Positions 1 through 11,155 of a DNA stretch of 64,000 nucleotides are shown piece by piece. A model generated the notes under the pieces. That model saw only the letters and a list, made by a program, of their open reading frames with translations, had not been told where the DNA came from and made no database searches. The position numbers and the translations under genes were made by a program. The stretch is from Halocafeteria seosinensis (lineage: Eukaryota). The stretch spans positions 62,001-126,000 of the forward strand of contig LVLI01000305.1 in assembly GCA_001687465.1 (NCBI GenBank), read 5' to 3'. How positions within the stretch are numbered: the first letter of the stretch is position 1; every line of letters begins with the position of its first letter.

Positions 1-742
1 GACGTCACCACTCTTCTCCTCGGCTTCTACAAGCCGCTGATCCGATCCTTCTTCATCATACACGGAGCGGAAATCATGAGGAGAATCATGGGACTGAGCG
101 GACAGTCCGTAGGATTTCGAAGTCACATCAATATCATCAACATTCGCATGAGCATGTTGTTCACCTTCTTCGAAATCGTAGAATTCTTTCGCTTTCTGCA
201 CGACGGCCCTCTGTTCGATCAAATTGTAGACACGAGGAGCAAGATCATCGCGCATATTCAAAGACTCTTTGAACCTTGAGTGTTGAACTTGTAGCTCATC
301 TTCCATCGCTTCTAAAAGGCTGCGTCGTGCCCCACGTTGAGCCAAGAAGTTGTTTTTCCACGTTTCGAATTCTCCTTCAGTGCGGGTTATCTTCTCAACT
401 CCAAATTGATCCATGGCACGACTGTATTCTCTCAAGATACCTTCTAAGTCATTGCACCGGCGAACAAAGGGAGTGTACTCTCGCTTAAAGGCGGTAGTGT
501 CTCCCAACATCTGTGGTTACAGGCAGAACACATACAGAATGTAAGATGTAGTTAAGGCAAGAAACATTTCATCAACTTTGCATGTATGCAACACGTACAT
601 CAGTGAATTCCATGACGCCATCCTTCCCCAGTTGCTGGACACAATCATGAGCTACGTGCTCTCGAATGAATATTGAGCGCAACTCCATTGGTTCCGAGCG
701 GAACCAAGAGCCCCCTTTCTTGGGCGCAGTTGCTTCCGTCAT
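1..742 (-). CDS. ATP6V0A: V-type H+-ATPase V0 subunit a, 5' part (runs off the window start)
   Basis: Exon 742-599 gives MTEATAPKKGGSWFRSEPMELRSIFIREHVAHDCVQQLGKDGVMEFTD. After a GT-AG intron (598-511) the next exon gives MLGDTTAFKREYTPFVRRCNDLE. This matches the conserved N-terminus of subunit a (FRSExM...LG..G..EF.D...AF.R....VRRC). Confidence 0.85.
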
Positions 743-1362
743 TCTATCGTAATAAAATGCTCTATAATGCGTCCAAAGCACGCAGCAAAAGGTGCAATTG
801 TTGTGTTCTTCGTGGTTTTTTCCCGGTATACGCAGCTTTCCAAGGAATCTCACTGCTATCAGTAGACACCTTGGCAGAATAAGAAAAGAGATGGGCGTTC
901 CTTATTCGGAAATGAGGTGTATGAGGCGCTCTATGGGGCTCACAATACCTCCATATCTTGCTTGAATTCCACTTTCTCCAGGGGATGGACCGCCCCTCCG
1001 TGGGGCGCCGGCGGTGCCGCGCCTTTTCCGCACAGAGCCGGACACACAGATGCACAAAAAACATTGGTCGTTGCCAACAGAGGGCCTCCCAAGGGGAGGG
1101 AAACGACCAAGGGACTAGACCCCCTGTGCCCCCTAGGCAACGATAATGTGGCTGGCAGCGCGGTGCGGAAAGCAGAGAGCTGCTCCGGGCGGCAGCCCCC
1201 CCCCCTTTGGAGAAGGAGTCTTTCGGACTCTGATACAGTTCCATGTTGACCGTTTTGGAGACTTTTTATTCAGGCAAACGAGATTATATACCTTTGTCTG
1301 TCGAGTTGTGTGCGTGTGTACGTGTTGGTTTGTTTCTTGTGGTGCAAAACACGTAGCAAAAT
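743..1362. promoter_or_regulatory. Putative bidirectional promoter between V-ATPase subunits a and A
   Basis: 620 bp between divergent start codons (742 minus, 1363 plus), with no credible gene inside. Confidence 0.5.
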
Positions 1363-3673
1363 ATGTCGAGTGCCAAAGGAAGAGGAGCCCAAAATGCGGC
1401 AGACGATATTGATGCTCGTGAGAGCATGCAGGGGGAGATCTACAAGGTTTCCGGTCCACGTAAGTATTCACGCCCATTGAATCTTTGTTGAGCGAAGCGG
1501 AAGGTCCCACTAAAAAAGGAGGGCAATGGAACGAACGGGAGTGTAGAACGAATCCTTGCTGGGAACACATACTCTTCATGTTGCATCTTGTATGGTAAAC
1601 CATTTCCTATATTCGCGTTACTCGTGGATAATCGCAGTGGTTGTGGCGGACAAGATGAGTGGAGCTTCTATGTACGAGCTTGTCCGTGTCGGGAAACAGA
1701 ATCTTGTGGGAGAAATCATTAAGCTGGAAGGAGATACCGCTAGTATTCAGTGTTACGAGGACACATGTAAGTAGCCGTGTGGAGGCTTATATAACTAATA
1801 ATTGGTAGTTTTCAACTTGGCGTGTTTTGTACTCACTCTTAACAGCTGGTCTCATGGTAGGCGATGTGGTCGGAAGAACTATGGCGCCACTTTCCGTGGA
1901 ACTCGGCCCCGGAATCATGGACAATATCTTTGATGGTATCCAACGACCTCTCGAAGACATCTGGACAGGAGCGGACAAGTCTCCATACGTACCCCTAGGT
2001 GTTGATATTGGTGCCCTAGATCACTCTAAGAAGTGGGACTACACACCTGTCAAGGAATGGAAGGAGGGCGATCCGATCACGGGGGGAAGTATCATTGGAT
2101 CTGTAAGTTGCGAGAAATATGCATAAAATAAAAGTCTTCGATGCGAACCGCTAATTGCCTTTCCAGGTGTTCGAGAACGAGTTGGTACCTGACCACAAGA
2201 TTATGATCCCACCGCATATCTCGGGTGAGATTATTAAGATTTACGCTGATAAGGATGGGCAGTACACCTTGGATGATCCCTTAATGGAGGTGCTTGATCA
2301 GAAATCTCAGTCGGTAAGAAGTGGACAAGTTCGGGGATGTGTGACTTGCAGGGTTTAAAATTTTTGTTGTGTTATTGTGTATCTGCCCTTTCCAGAGAAA
2401 GAAAATTTTCATGTCACACCAATGGCCGGTGCGTAAGCCTCGCCCAGTAGTTGAGAAACTTCCAGGTGATGAAGCTCTAATTACCGGACAACGCGTGATT
2501 GACGTTTTGTTTCCATCTGTCTTAGGTGGAACTTGTGCCATTCCCGGTGCATTCGGTTGTGGCAAGACCGTCATTAGTCAAGCACTCTCTAAGTACAGTA
2601 ACACCAACGGTATCATTTACGTAGGCTGTGGTGAGCGAGGAAACGAGATGGCAGAGGTGCTGTCCGAATTCCCGGAACTGACTACTCATGTGAATGGGAA
2701 GGAAGTTGGTATTATGAAGCGAACATCCTTGGTAGCGAACACCTCTAACATGCCTGTGGCAGCCCGAGAAGCTAGTATTTACACAGGAATTACGATAGCT
2801 GAGTATTTCAGAGATATGGGACAGAATATTGCCATGATGGCGGATTCCACCTCCCGATGGGCCGAGGCGCTGCGTGAGATTTCCGGACGTCTTGGAGAAA
2901 TGCCTGCGGACGGTGGCTATCCAGCTTATTTGTCGGCTCGTCTGGCCAAATTTTACGAGCGAGCTGGCCAAGCAGTATGCATCGGATCTCCTCGGCGGAA
3001 AGGTAGTGTGAGTGTCGTAGGTGCAGTGAGTCCCCCGGGTGGTGACTTTTCAGATCCAGTGACGGGGGCTACCCTCGGTATCGTACAAGTTTTCTGGGGC
3101 TTGGATAAGAAACTGGCTCAGCGAAAACATTTCCCTAGTGTTAACTGGAACGTGAGTTACAGCAAGTACATGAGAGTATTGGAGCCTTATTTCGACAGTT
3201 ACGGAGAAGAGCGGGATTACTCCACTCTACGAAACTCGGCCAGAGATATTTTGCAGGAGGAGACAAAGCTAATGGACATCGTCCAGTTGGTTGGTATGGA
3301 CTCCCTTTCAGAGGAGCAAAAGGTTACACTTGAGGTCGCAAAGATTATTCGTGAGGATTTCCTCCAGCAGGATGCTTTTTCAGACCACGACTACAACTGT
3401 CCCCTGGAGAAATCCCTGGGAATGTTGCGTGCAATCATTCGTCTCCACGATCGGGCTCAAAGGGCAATTGTGGAAACCCAGGACGTCGCCGAGGAAACCG
3501 GTGTAGATCCGTTCACGTGGAGAGCATTCCGTGCCACTCACCCCGAGTTATTGGATAAGGTCACACAGATGAAGTTCCAAGATCCGCTTAAGAGTACTGA
3601 AGGCCTACGCTCACACTTCCGCGAAGTTATCAAGGAAATCGACGAGGTTTTCGACAACATGACGTCTTACTAA
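1363..3673 (+). CDS. ATP6V1A: V-type H+-ATPase V1 catalytic subunit A (multi-exon)
   Basis: Spliced exons give [38 protein letters not shown]-loop [39 protein letters not shown] and [11 protein letters not shown]. Confidence 0.97.
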
Positions 3674-3822
3674 ATAGGTGGGGCAGCTGTTGGTTCATTG
3701 TAAATTGTGAGCTTCTTTTTGACATTATAGCACGGATAAATGCACCTGCTGTTCGCTTAGTAACCTAGTACATAGAGTGTGGGAGGCGCCTACCATTTGC
3801 CCTCAACCCTAGAGCTAAAAGC

Positions 3823-4827
3823 TTAACTCTGTGACTGCCCTGGTTGGCTCTGTAACCTTGTTGTTAATGTCTGAATTCTTGAATCCTTTAGGTCCAGTAG
3901 TTGCTGCAATTTCGAAATCTTCAGTTCAAGGAATTCCTTCGTCTCTTCCAAATTAGAGATTCGTTCATCTTTTTCTATAAGCTGCTGCTGAATATGCGCA
4001 GGAATGTCAGAAGACGAGTACGATTCAGGGCCGGGAACCCCACGCTGATGATGGTGGTACGCATTTGACTCATACGGAGCTTCCATTTCATTTCCATACT
4101 CGCCGTGTCGACTGCTATGCGGCTGCTGACCAATCGCAGTATCCAGGGAATGTCCGTTTTGCCGTCTCTTATCCGGGGACGCGTTTGCGTAGTGAGGGCT
4201 TCGCTGGGGCGTATTGGTGCGATTATTTGAGCCTACCGAACTCCTATCAGAGGACCTATTCATTCGCTTCCTTGCCTGCTCAGCTCTGTATTCAGCCATT
4301 TTATTTTGCAATCGCAAAAGCAATGACTCTATCATTCCTGGTTTGCAATTAACGACGCTCTCCATCTCCTCCTTGCTCACATTAAACTTTAGCTTCTTGA
4401 ACACTTTGCCTGTACAGGAGTAACACCGATACGTTGCAAGAATTCCGATAGGAAGTCAAGTTCAGGGGTGCTACGTACTATTTAAAGTAGCCCAATTATA
4501 CATTTTTTTGTGAAACGAGTTCGCCGGGCTGTAATTGTGCATTTCCACCAGTTTGGGGAAATAGTGGTTGATCACCTCCGCCATTAACACTGCATCTCAT
4601 GCTCAATCGCCGTCGTGAAATTCGAAAAGGGGCGTGCCTAGGGGGCAAAAAGCCCCCCGATACCGTTATTTTCACCAACTAGTACAAACCACTATTTTCT
4701 TACCTCCATCCGAAAAATCTCGGGCTATATTTCGTTTTGGTCGAGAGAGGGGTATTTCATCAACCCACGTATATATCCTCTGAAGAGTCTCATCGTCTAA
4801 ATAAGGAGGTTCCGAGGACGATGACAT
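3823..4827 (-). CDS. SPEF1: Sperm flagellar protein 1 / CLAMP-like (CH-like domain plus C-terminal coiled coil)
   Basis: Three exons: IYTWVDEIPLSRPKRNIARDFSDG | LMAEVINHYFPKLVEMHNYSPANSFHKKMYNWATLN | KVFKKLKF..., then a coiled-coil tail LIEKDERISNLEETKEFLELKISKLQQLLDLKDSRIQTL. Confidence 0.9.
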
Positions 4828-5265
4828 CTTGATAGTGCAGCGTGAGAAGGATCCAGGGGAAAATAGCCTCTATACGTTTACCAACTGGGCATAGGTCGTT
4901 CTCTCTCCCAACATACAGACGGACAAGCAATGGGACAACGTGTGGATACCAGAAAATGTCTACAATTCCGATGGAACGCCTGAACATCGCATGTTAAAAG
5001 GCCACAAATCCGCCGGGAAGCAAGGCGACAATCAATTGTGCCATGCGGTAACTTCAAGAAATTAGCAAGAGCGCTAGGAATGCAGCGTATAATCTGTATA
5101 GTTTTTACTGAAAGATATTGAAGCTGGAACAAAGTGGCGGTGCATTCTCTTTGCGGTCTATTAAAATAGGCAAAACATCATTAGGAGAACTTGCTGCGGT
5201 GCTCGTTAATGGCTGTAGACTGCATCTCGTCGAGCTGATGCACATTCGCCGAAAACAAAGTCGCT

Positions 5266-6149
5266 TTATGCATCATCTGCCCAATGATTTTCTTCTTTAA
5301 CTTGACGCTCTTCTTCTGGGGTGAAATCGTTAGCAATATTGAACGTCTGACGGATCTCTTCCGGCGTTTTATCTGTGGAAAGCGCGAACATATTGCTGAG
5401 CTACTCCACAGTACTAGGCAAGTTGTATCCATACGAACCTTTTATCATAGTGGCGACTTTTGCACACGTTAAGTCAAGCAACGGTTTAATATCAAGGTAG
5501 TTTGCCGCCTGGATAATACACACAGGTATAAGCGTCCTTGCATGCCACTTCCGAGGGAACAAGGCAAACATAACATACCAGAATTAAGTCAAATAGCGTT
5601 TCTTGGTCGACATCAACAAAGTTAGCGTCCCATTCAGAAACAATAGAAGCCAGATTACTAGATGGTAAAGGCTGCACAACAAAATGGTAATTATAGGAAA
5701 CTCAAAAACCCAGCTGGGTCAAGCCACGTACTTTTTCGATTTCTTTAATCGGATGTCCTTCTGTAGTATGGTGACGGCAGAATTCTATCACTTTTTTCAA
5801 TACATCTGCTCTCACATCCATTAAAGGAACTTCTTCCTCGTTTCCTGAAATCACGGTATCGAGAGTGTAATACTGAGTGTGCATGCGCAGTATGAAGCAA
5901 ACGCTTCCATACCTTCATCTTCCGTCATGGTTTTCACCAATCCACTTAGTTCAGCTTGTTCCCGGGGAACAACGAATCTAGTATTTTCCTGCGATGGCGA
6001 TACGTCACCTTTCTCAAGACATATGGCACGTGGGAGTTTAGAGCACATACTTGGGACAGGAGAGTGACATTATCCTGGTCTCCCTCTTTGGCATTTCCTG
6101 TATTCACTCCCGCAGCGCCGGAGGCACTGGGTTTCGATTCTGTAGCCAT
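5266..6149 (-). CDS. SKP1: SCF ubiquitin ligase adaptor SKP1 (six exons)
   Basis: Spliced: [53 protein letters not shown] | [23 protein letters not shown] | [35 protein letters not shown]. Confidence 0.95.
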
Positions 6150-8082
6150 ATTCCCTCTCTCTTCTTTCCGAGCACGTTATCCTGGTATAGCAAACGACGC
6201 TTCTCTGTATGAGGAAGAGGTGTCGTTAATCAGGAGAATTGGTCTGCAAGTCAGCTGCAATTTCGAAGGCCCCGAGGTTTTCGTGGTCTGTCTACGGAAT
6301 CAACCCTAGCACAATCAAGCAGAGAAAGAATGTGGACCATCCAACTACATTCACGGTAGTCCTTTGCGATGATTAGCTGCTGTAAAGAACCACCGCTTCG
6401 CGGTGACCGCGATTGCATACCCGACAAACAAATGTTGGACTTCTTTCCGGTGCACCGGTGCCGAAAGATTTAGCGAACATGAGAACTTCATTGAGAAGTA
6501 CGTCTGGGTATTGTAAGCAGAAGTGTCATCTTGCACCATCTCATATTGATGCTTTGACGAACGAATAAAAGCCGAGCTATAATGAAGCTCTGGATCTTCT
6601 CGTTATGTTGTTAGAAGGGTTGGAATTGGTTAAGATGAAGTTTGTTTTCTTTCTACTTTGGTGTGGCATCTCTTCGGGGCAACTGTTTATAAAGGGTGGA
6701 GCACCACCGCTTTTCGCTCTCGTGATTGTTGCTCATGGGATGGAAATGGAATCGAAAAGAGTCCACACGGCGGCGGACATTCTCGTCCCCTCGGATGTTT
6801 TTGTTTCTCTTGGGCTCCCCTTTGAAGACAACCCTTGGCACAGAGCTTGTGTCAGTGGCCAAGTATGGTCAAGGACATGGTGGTGTGATCCCTTTATTCA
6901 TTGTTACTCCAATGTGACGCCAAGGTAGAAGGGAAGATACTGTGGAACTCGGTAGGGGATATGACCCAGTGACGAATCATCAAGGATGACTTCCAATTCA
7001 CGACGGTCATCTGATTTTGAAGACTCTTCAGTCTTCACTGATTATTGTCATTCTCTAGACGGAGGGTCTTTATTAATGATGTTCTTCTTCTTTTGTTCAC
7101 ATTTTGCGTTAGGGGCTTTTTGGAATGGTCATCAATTCCTTAACTGGGTGAAGGTGATGAAACCAATTCTATCAAACCTAGCTGAGCGTTTTCACAGTGA
7201 TTACGTCTTGTTTGTTTCAGCCTTGTCTGATTCACCAGTTCTCAAGGAAATGATGCTATCTCATTATACATGTTAGACTCTTGAATATTCACCGTTAGGT
7301 GATATTGTGATGTCATCCTTAGAGCTGATCCTGCTTTACGATGAAGTCTCGATGATGACAGTATATTAGCTCTAGTTGAAGAAATGGCAAGAAAGCCATT
7401 TTCTAGTGAAATCCTAGATAGTATTTGAGAGACGATAGCTGTCATCTCGGTCTTTCTTTTTGTTTCTTTTGTACAACAGAGAGTTGGATGGCTTCGGGGA
7501 TGAAGAATCAAAGCTTTTGCTTTGGTCCGTGTTAAATATGTCAGCCGTTTTGGTTGCGTGATTATACCTCAACAATTACCGACCCATGCCAACCAAAGTT
7601 TTTTCTCTGTTATTTTTTCAAGGCGATGACGAGAACTATATATCTGTCAATCCAACGATGCGTGCCTCGCAGATGAGTGTTTACAACCCTCTAAGAAGTC
7701 CGTGAGCCTTGCTTTTTGTCTTTTGTTTCTATTATGTTATTTGATTTTATGGGATGAACTTGCCGATGATTAGACATCATGCACCATTCTGACGGAGTAA
7801 AACCCTGTGTTGATTACTCTTAATTACACCATCTTTCGAATGAGGCAAGACATTCTGTTCACTTGTTGAAGTAGTAGTTGTTGAGGCTGAAAATAGTCAA
7901 CATCTGACAGACTATCAAAGGAAATGTTTTGTAAAATAAACATTTGCAACGTTTTTGGTAAAACTATATGATGGTTGTTTGTGGATTCTCCAGTCCCTGT
8001 GTGGCACCCCCTGTTCCAACGTTGGAAGTGACTGTGTAGGCGATTGTCCAAGGAAGTCGATGGTACAAAAACGAGACATATA

Positions 8083-8505
8083 ATGAACTTGACACCAGTT
8101 AAGCTATTCGTGTTCTATGGATTGTTCCTCCTCTTAGTTTATGGGTCGGGGATACTTCAGGCAGGTATGTACTCCGAACGAATACTGTATGCAATGATGG
8201 CTCCACTGTTTGCGTTTGTCGACAGATGCCTTTGAGTGCGATTCAGCCAGACTGCGGCAGTGCAACGAAGATTTCTTTGGTTGTACTTCCAAACCTCAAT
8301 CCCTGGTACGCACTGTCTGTAGTTTATGCTCATTTTGCGGTCTAATGAGTGTAATGTTGTCACGGTGATGGTCCAGATGGATTCTACAAAGTTTTGTACT
8401 TGCTATCTAAACCAGTTCGTTTGCTTCAAAGACTGTGACGACTTTCCAAGTAATTGGGAACAAGATTGTATGGACGACTGCCCTTCCAAATTCTGCGGAC
8501 GATGA
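8083..8505 (+). CDS. Small secreted cysteine-rich protein, 96 aa, unknown family (three exons)
   Basis: Exons 8083-8164, 8226-8305 and 8377-8505 with GT-AG introns of 61 and 71 nt splice in frame: MNLTPVKLFVFYGLFLLLVYGSGILQA DAFECDSARLRQCNEDFFGCTSKPQSL MDSTKFCTCYLNQFVCFKDCDDFPSNWEQDCMDDCPSKFCGR*. Hydrophobic signal-peptide-like exon 1 and 10 Cys in the rest. Confidence 0.75.
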
Positions 8506-8577
8506 GGTGATTCTGTTTGTACCGAAGTGCTGAGGCCAAAGAGGTCTCCCGGAAGAAGGAGTGCCAACTTGGCTACG

Positions 8578-10085
8578 ATCATATCAGCGTAGACATCTTC
8601 TGTTTCGATTAAGTACGCCAATGAATCAGTATCGGTGAACAGCAACTTGGCTCTGTCACCATATCGCTTTCGGATCACATTGTAGTGATGATCAATCATA
8701 ATGTACTTGAATGTACTCGAAGTCTTGGAATAATCAACCGCTAGCAAATCATCACCAATCGCATTCCATGATTTACAACGAAAAGAGTTAATGTACTTGG
8801 AGGCACGTTCTTCATCGGTACAAAGCTTGATGTTGCTATATTTCCTAACATCCTCAATGGTCTTCCCAAACAAGGCGTTCATACACAATTTGAAGTAATT
8901 TTTCTCGAACTCATTTTTGGAATTCTTACGGCATTCTGCCATATGATCTACATAGTTTTTCATAGAGTAGGTTTGATGAAAGGTCAACACTTTATGGATT
9001 TTGGTTACCCGCAATCCCAACGAAACATACAACTGTAAGCAACGGTAATCCAATACATATCCTTTTTTATCGTTCAAGTTGGCGATCAATTTCTTATTTT
9101 TGGGTAACTTGTACCCCATAGTCTCAGCGATTGTAGCCATCAATGGACTAAAATCACCAGCAACATTTTCTACAGCACATGGGTAGTCATTATGAGAATC
9201 ATGTAGTTCTTCAGGATAGTCAACGTCACATTTCACGACACATCCTTCAGATCCATACTTGTCCATCGACAAAATCCGTTCCAACGTGTACACACACACA
9301 AATGTGACAGATAGCGTGTACTCTTCCAACCCCTTGTCGGTACCTCTGACATTGTGGGCGCAGGCATGGCTCCTCCCCCGATGCCTCCTGAGCTTAACCA
9401 GTGCTGTGTTCCCCCACGGCGCATGTCAGCAAGGCTGCAGGAACAGCGGGCCCGTCACTGCTTAACACGGGCGCTTACCGCTCCTCGTTAAGAGGATGTG
9501 GTCAACTTCCCGGCCGGTGGGCTATCTGTCACATTTGTGTGTGTGTCCAACTCCCCCCACTCAAATTTTGAATGAGGCAATGGAAAACGAGACATAACAG
9601 TTGGATACAGACTATTTGCGTCAATGTAACTTATGTGAGTAGTAGGCTTCGAACTGTCGTAATCAGGGCAATGCTTGTTATTCGCACGAGCAAGACGATG
9701 ACTAATTTGCGACAAGCCACCACGACATTGCTCTTGGAAAAACAACAACTTATCGTACTCGGTAGAATATAGATCGCCGTCTTCATCCACGCCATTGTCG
9801 TGGTCCACTCGTGGAGTAATTCAACGGGGGGTAATCCATCTTCCATCACCCGTTTCTTGTATCCTGCCATCGTATAGCCCGGTAATCCAAAGACATTTTC
9901 GTTCAGGTAGATGTCCGATGTCAAAACGATTTTTCCCATTGGCATAGGCGTAGGGGTAAATACCCTTTTGTTTCAGCACTTGTCGTTGTTCATCGCTCAG
10001 TCCTGCGAAATGTTTCTCAAGATGAGTGAATTGCTTTTCCCCCATTTCACCTTTGGTTTTCACCAAGTTGGCGGTCAGGGTACAA
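8578..10085 (-). pseudogene. Disrupted protein-primed family-B DNA polymerase fragment (Polinton/Maverick or polinton-like virus type)
   Basis: Motifs KGIYPY, RGGLSQISHR.A.ANNK, YIDANSLYPTVMS..PLP, DVDYPEELHDSHNDYP, KNYFKLCMNALFGKTIEDVRK and LLFTDTDSLAY. It is intronless and split over several frames, with apparent internal deletions, a 257-bp insertion and truncation after ETEDVYADM. Confidence 0.85.
9290..9546. mobile_element. 257-bp MITE-like element with perfect 26-bp terminal inverted repeats
   Basis: 9290-9315 acacacacacaaatgtgacagatagc is the exact reverse complement of 9521-9546. Removing 9290-9546 rejoins the polB frame as ...FEWGELDTLERILSMD... Confidence 0.82.
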
Positions 10086-10629
10086 GTCTGGTGAGAGCAC
10101 TCTTCCTACGATGACCAGAACGTGGGTGTTAGGCTTGTCTTTTAGGACGGCAGTTCGTCCATTGTTACCACCTTCGTTCCCAGATTGGTTGTTAGTGATG
10201 CTCTCAAAATCGCACAATCCTTTCGATACACATGCACGGACACAGATGTGACGGATATGTCCCAACAAAGTGCTAAGCAAGAGTCAAGAGCCAGGAGCCT
10301 AGAGCCGCTGTTCGCTGCAGCTCTTTGTGGAGCAAGGCGTTAATGTACTCTTTGTATAGTTGCACTTTATTGGTGTGTAGAGCCCTACCATCAGGTTGGT
10401 CCTACCAACTATACAACTATACATGCGTATACACCTCTTTAATAGAGCAAGAGCGAGACTCACTACACCTTCACATCGCCTTTCGAGTCACCCGTCTTTT
10501 GGCACCTGGTTCATTGACTTCAAATCGAAATTGTACGGGAACATATACATGTATGGATAGAAACATCTCTTATGTATGCATAGACACCAAAATAGCTCTT
10601 GGTATGATGTATTGATGGCGTACTAACCA

Positions 10630-10800
10630 TTTTCGTTTTTTTCCTGATTTCAACAAAATTCAAATCTTTTTTGTGGAAAATGCCGATTTTCGCAAAAAAA
10701 ACGAAAAATATAAATGTTTTGTAACAAAAAAATGTGCCGTAAGACGCCTGCTTCAACAAAAAACAAAAAAAAATCCAGTTTCGTTTTCGTTTTTGTTGAA
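10630..10800. repeat. A/T-rich patch with two inverted repeats
   Basis: ttttcgttttttt (10630-10642) pairs with 10695-10707. ttcaacaaaaa (10752-10762) pairs with tttttgttgaa (10790-10800). Confidence 0.55.
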
Positions 10801-11155
10801 CCGTAAGCATCGGCCTTACTGTATGGTTCCGCGAAGAAAATAAAACATCGGTGCAGATAAAGTTTTCAAGCGTATCAAAAATGTTTGAGTACATGAGCAA
10901 TGCCGCATCGCTAGAGACATAAATTAGTCCGTTTAAAGAGTTTGGACAAAGTTGATTCCTGACAAAAAGTTAAGTCTTGACCTCCGGGCCGGGCGCTAAG
11001 CCCGGCTGAGCCCTAGCTCATAATGAGATATAGGCACTCTGCAGCGAGATCGGATTTGGGGTGAAGCCATTCTCTACTCCACCTAGATGTATAGAGGGTT
11101 AATACTCCAGAATAGGTAACTATTTCTGCTGTCTTCTCCTTGAAAACACGTGAAA

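Noticed and set aside
762..1603. Overlapping ORFs in the V-ATPase intergenic region
   Set aside because: They arise from a GC/homopolymer-rich patch and have no recognisable motifs or coherent composition.
2610..2660. Intein in V-ATPase subunit A (VMA1 site)
   Set aside because: [11 protein letters not shown] is continuous; there is no insertion.
8403..8577. C-terminal part of the 308-aa minus ORF as polB
   Set aside because: Homology stops at VYADM. The remainder is read-through that overlaps the peptide gene on the opposite strand.
9290..9546. Spliceable introner inside polB
   Set aside because: The ends are not GT...AG on the coding strand, and polB has other disabling lesions.
10325..10525. 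Solo LTR
   Set aside because: TG...CA ends can be picked, but there is no second copy, TSD or primer-binding site to support it.
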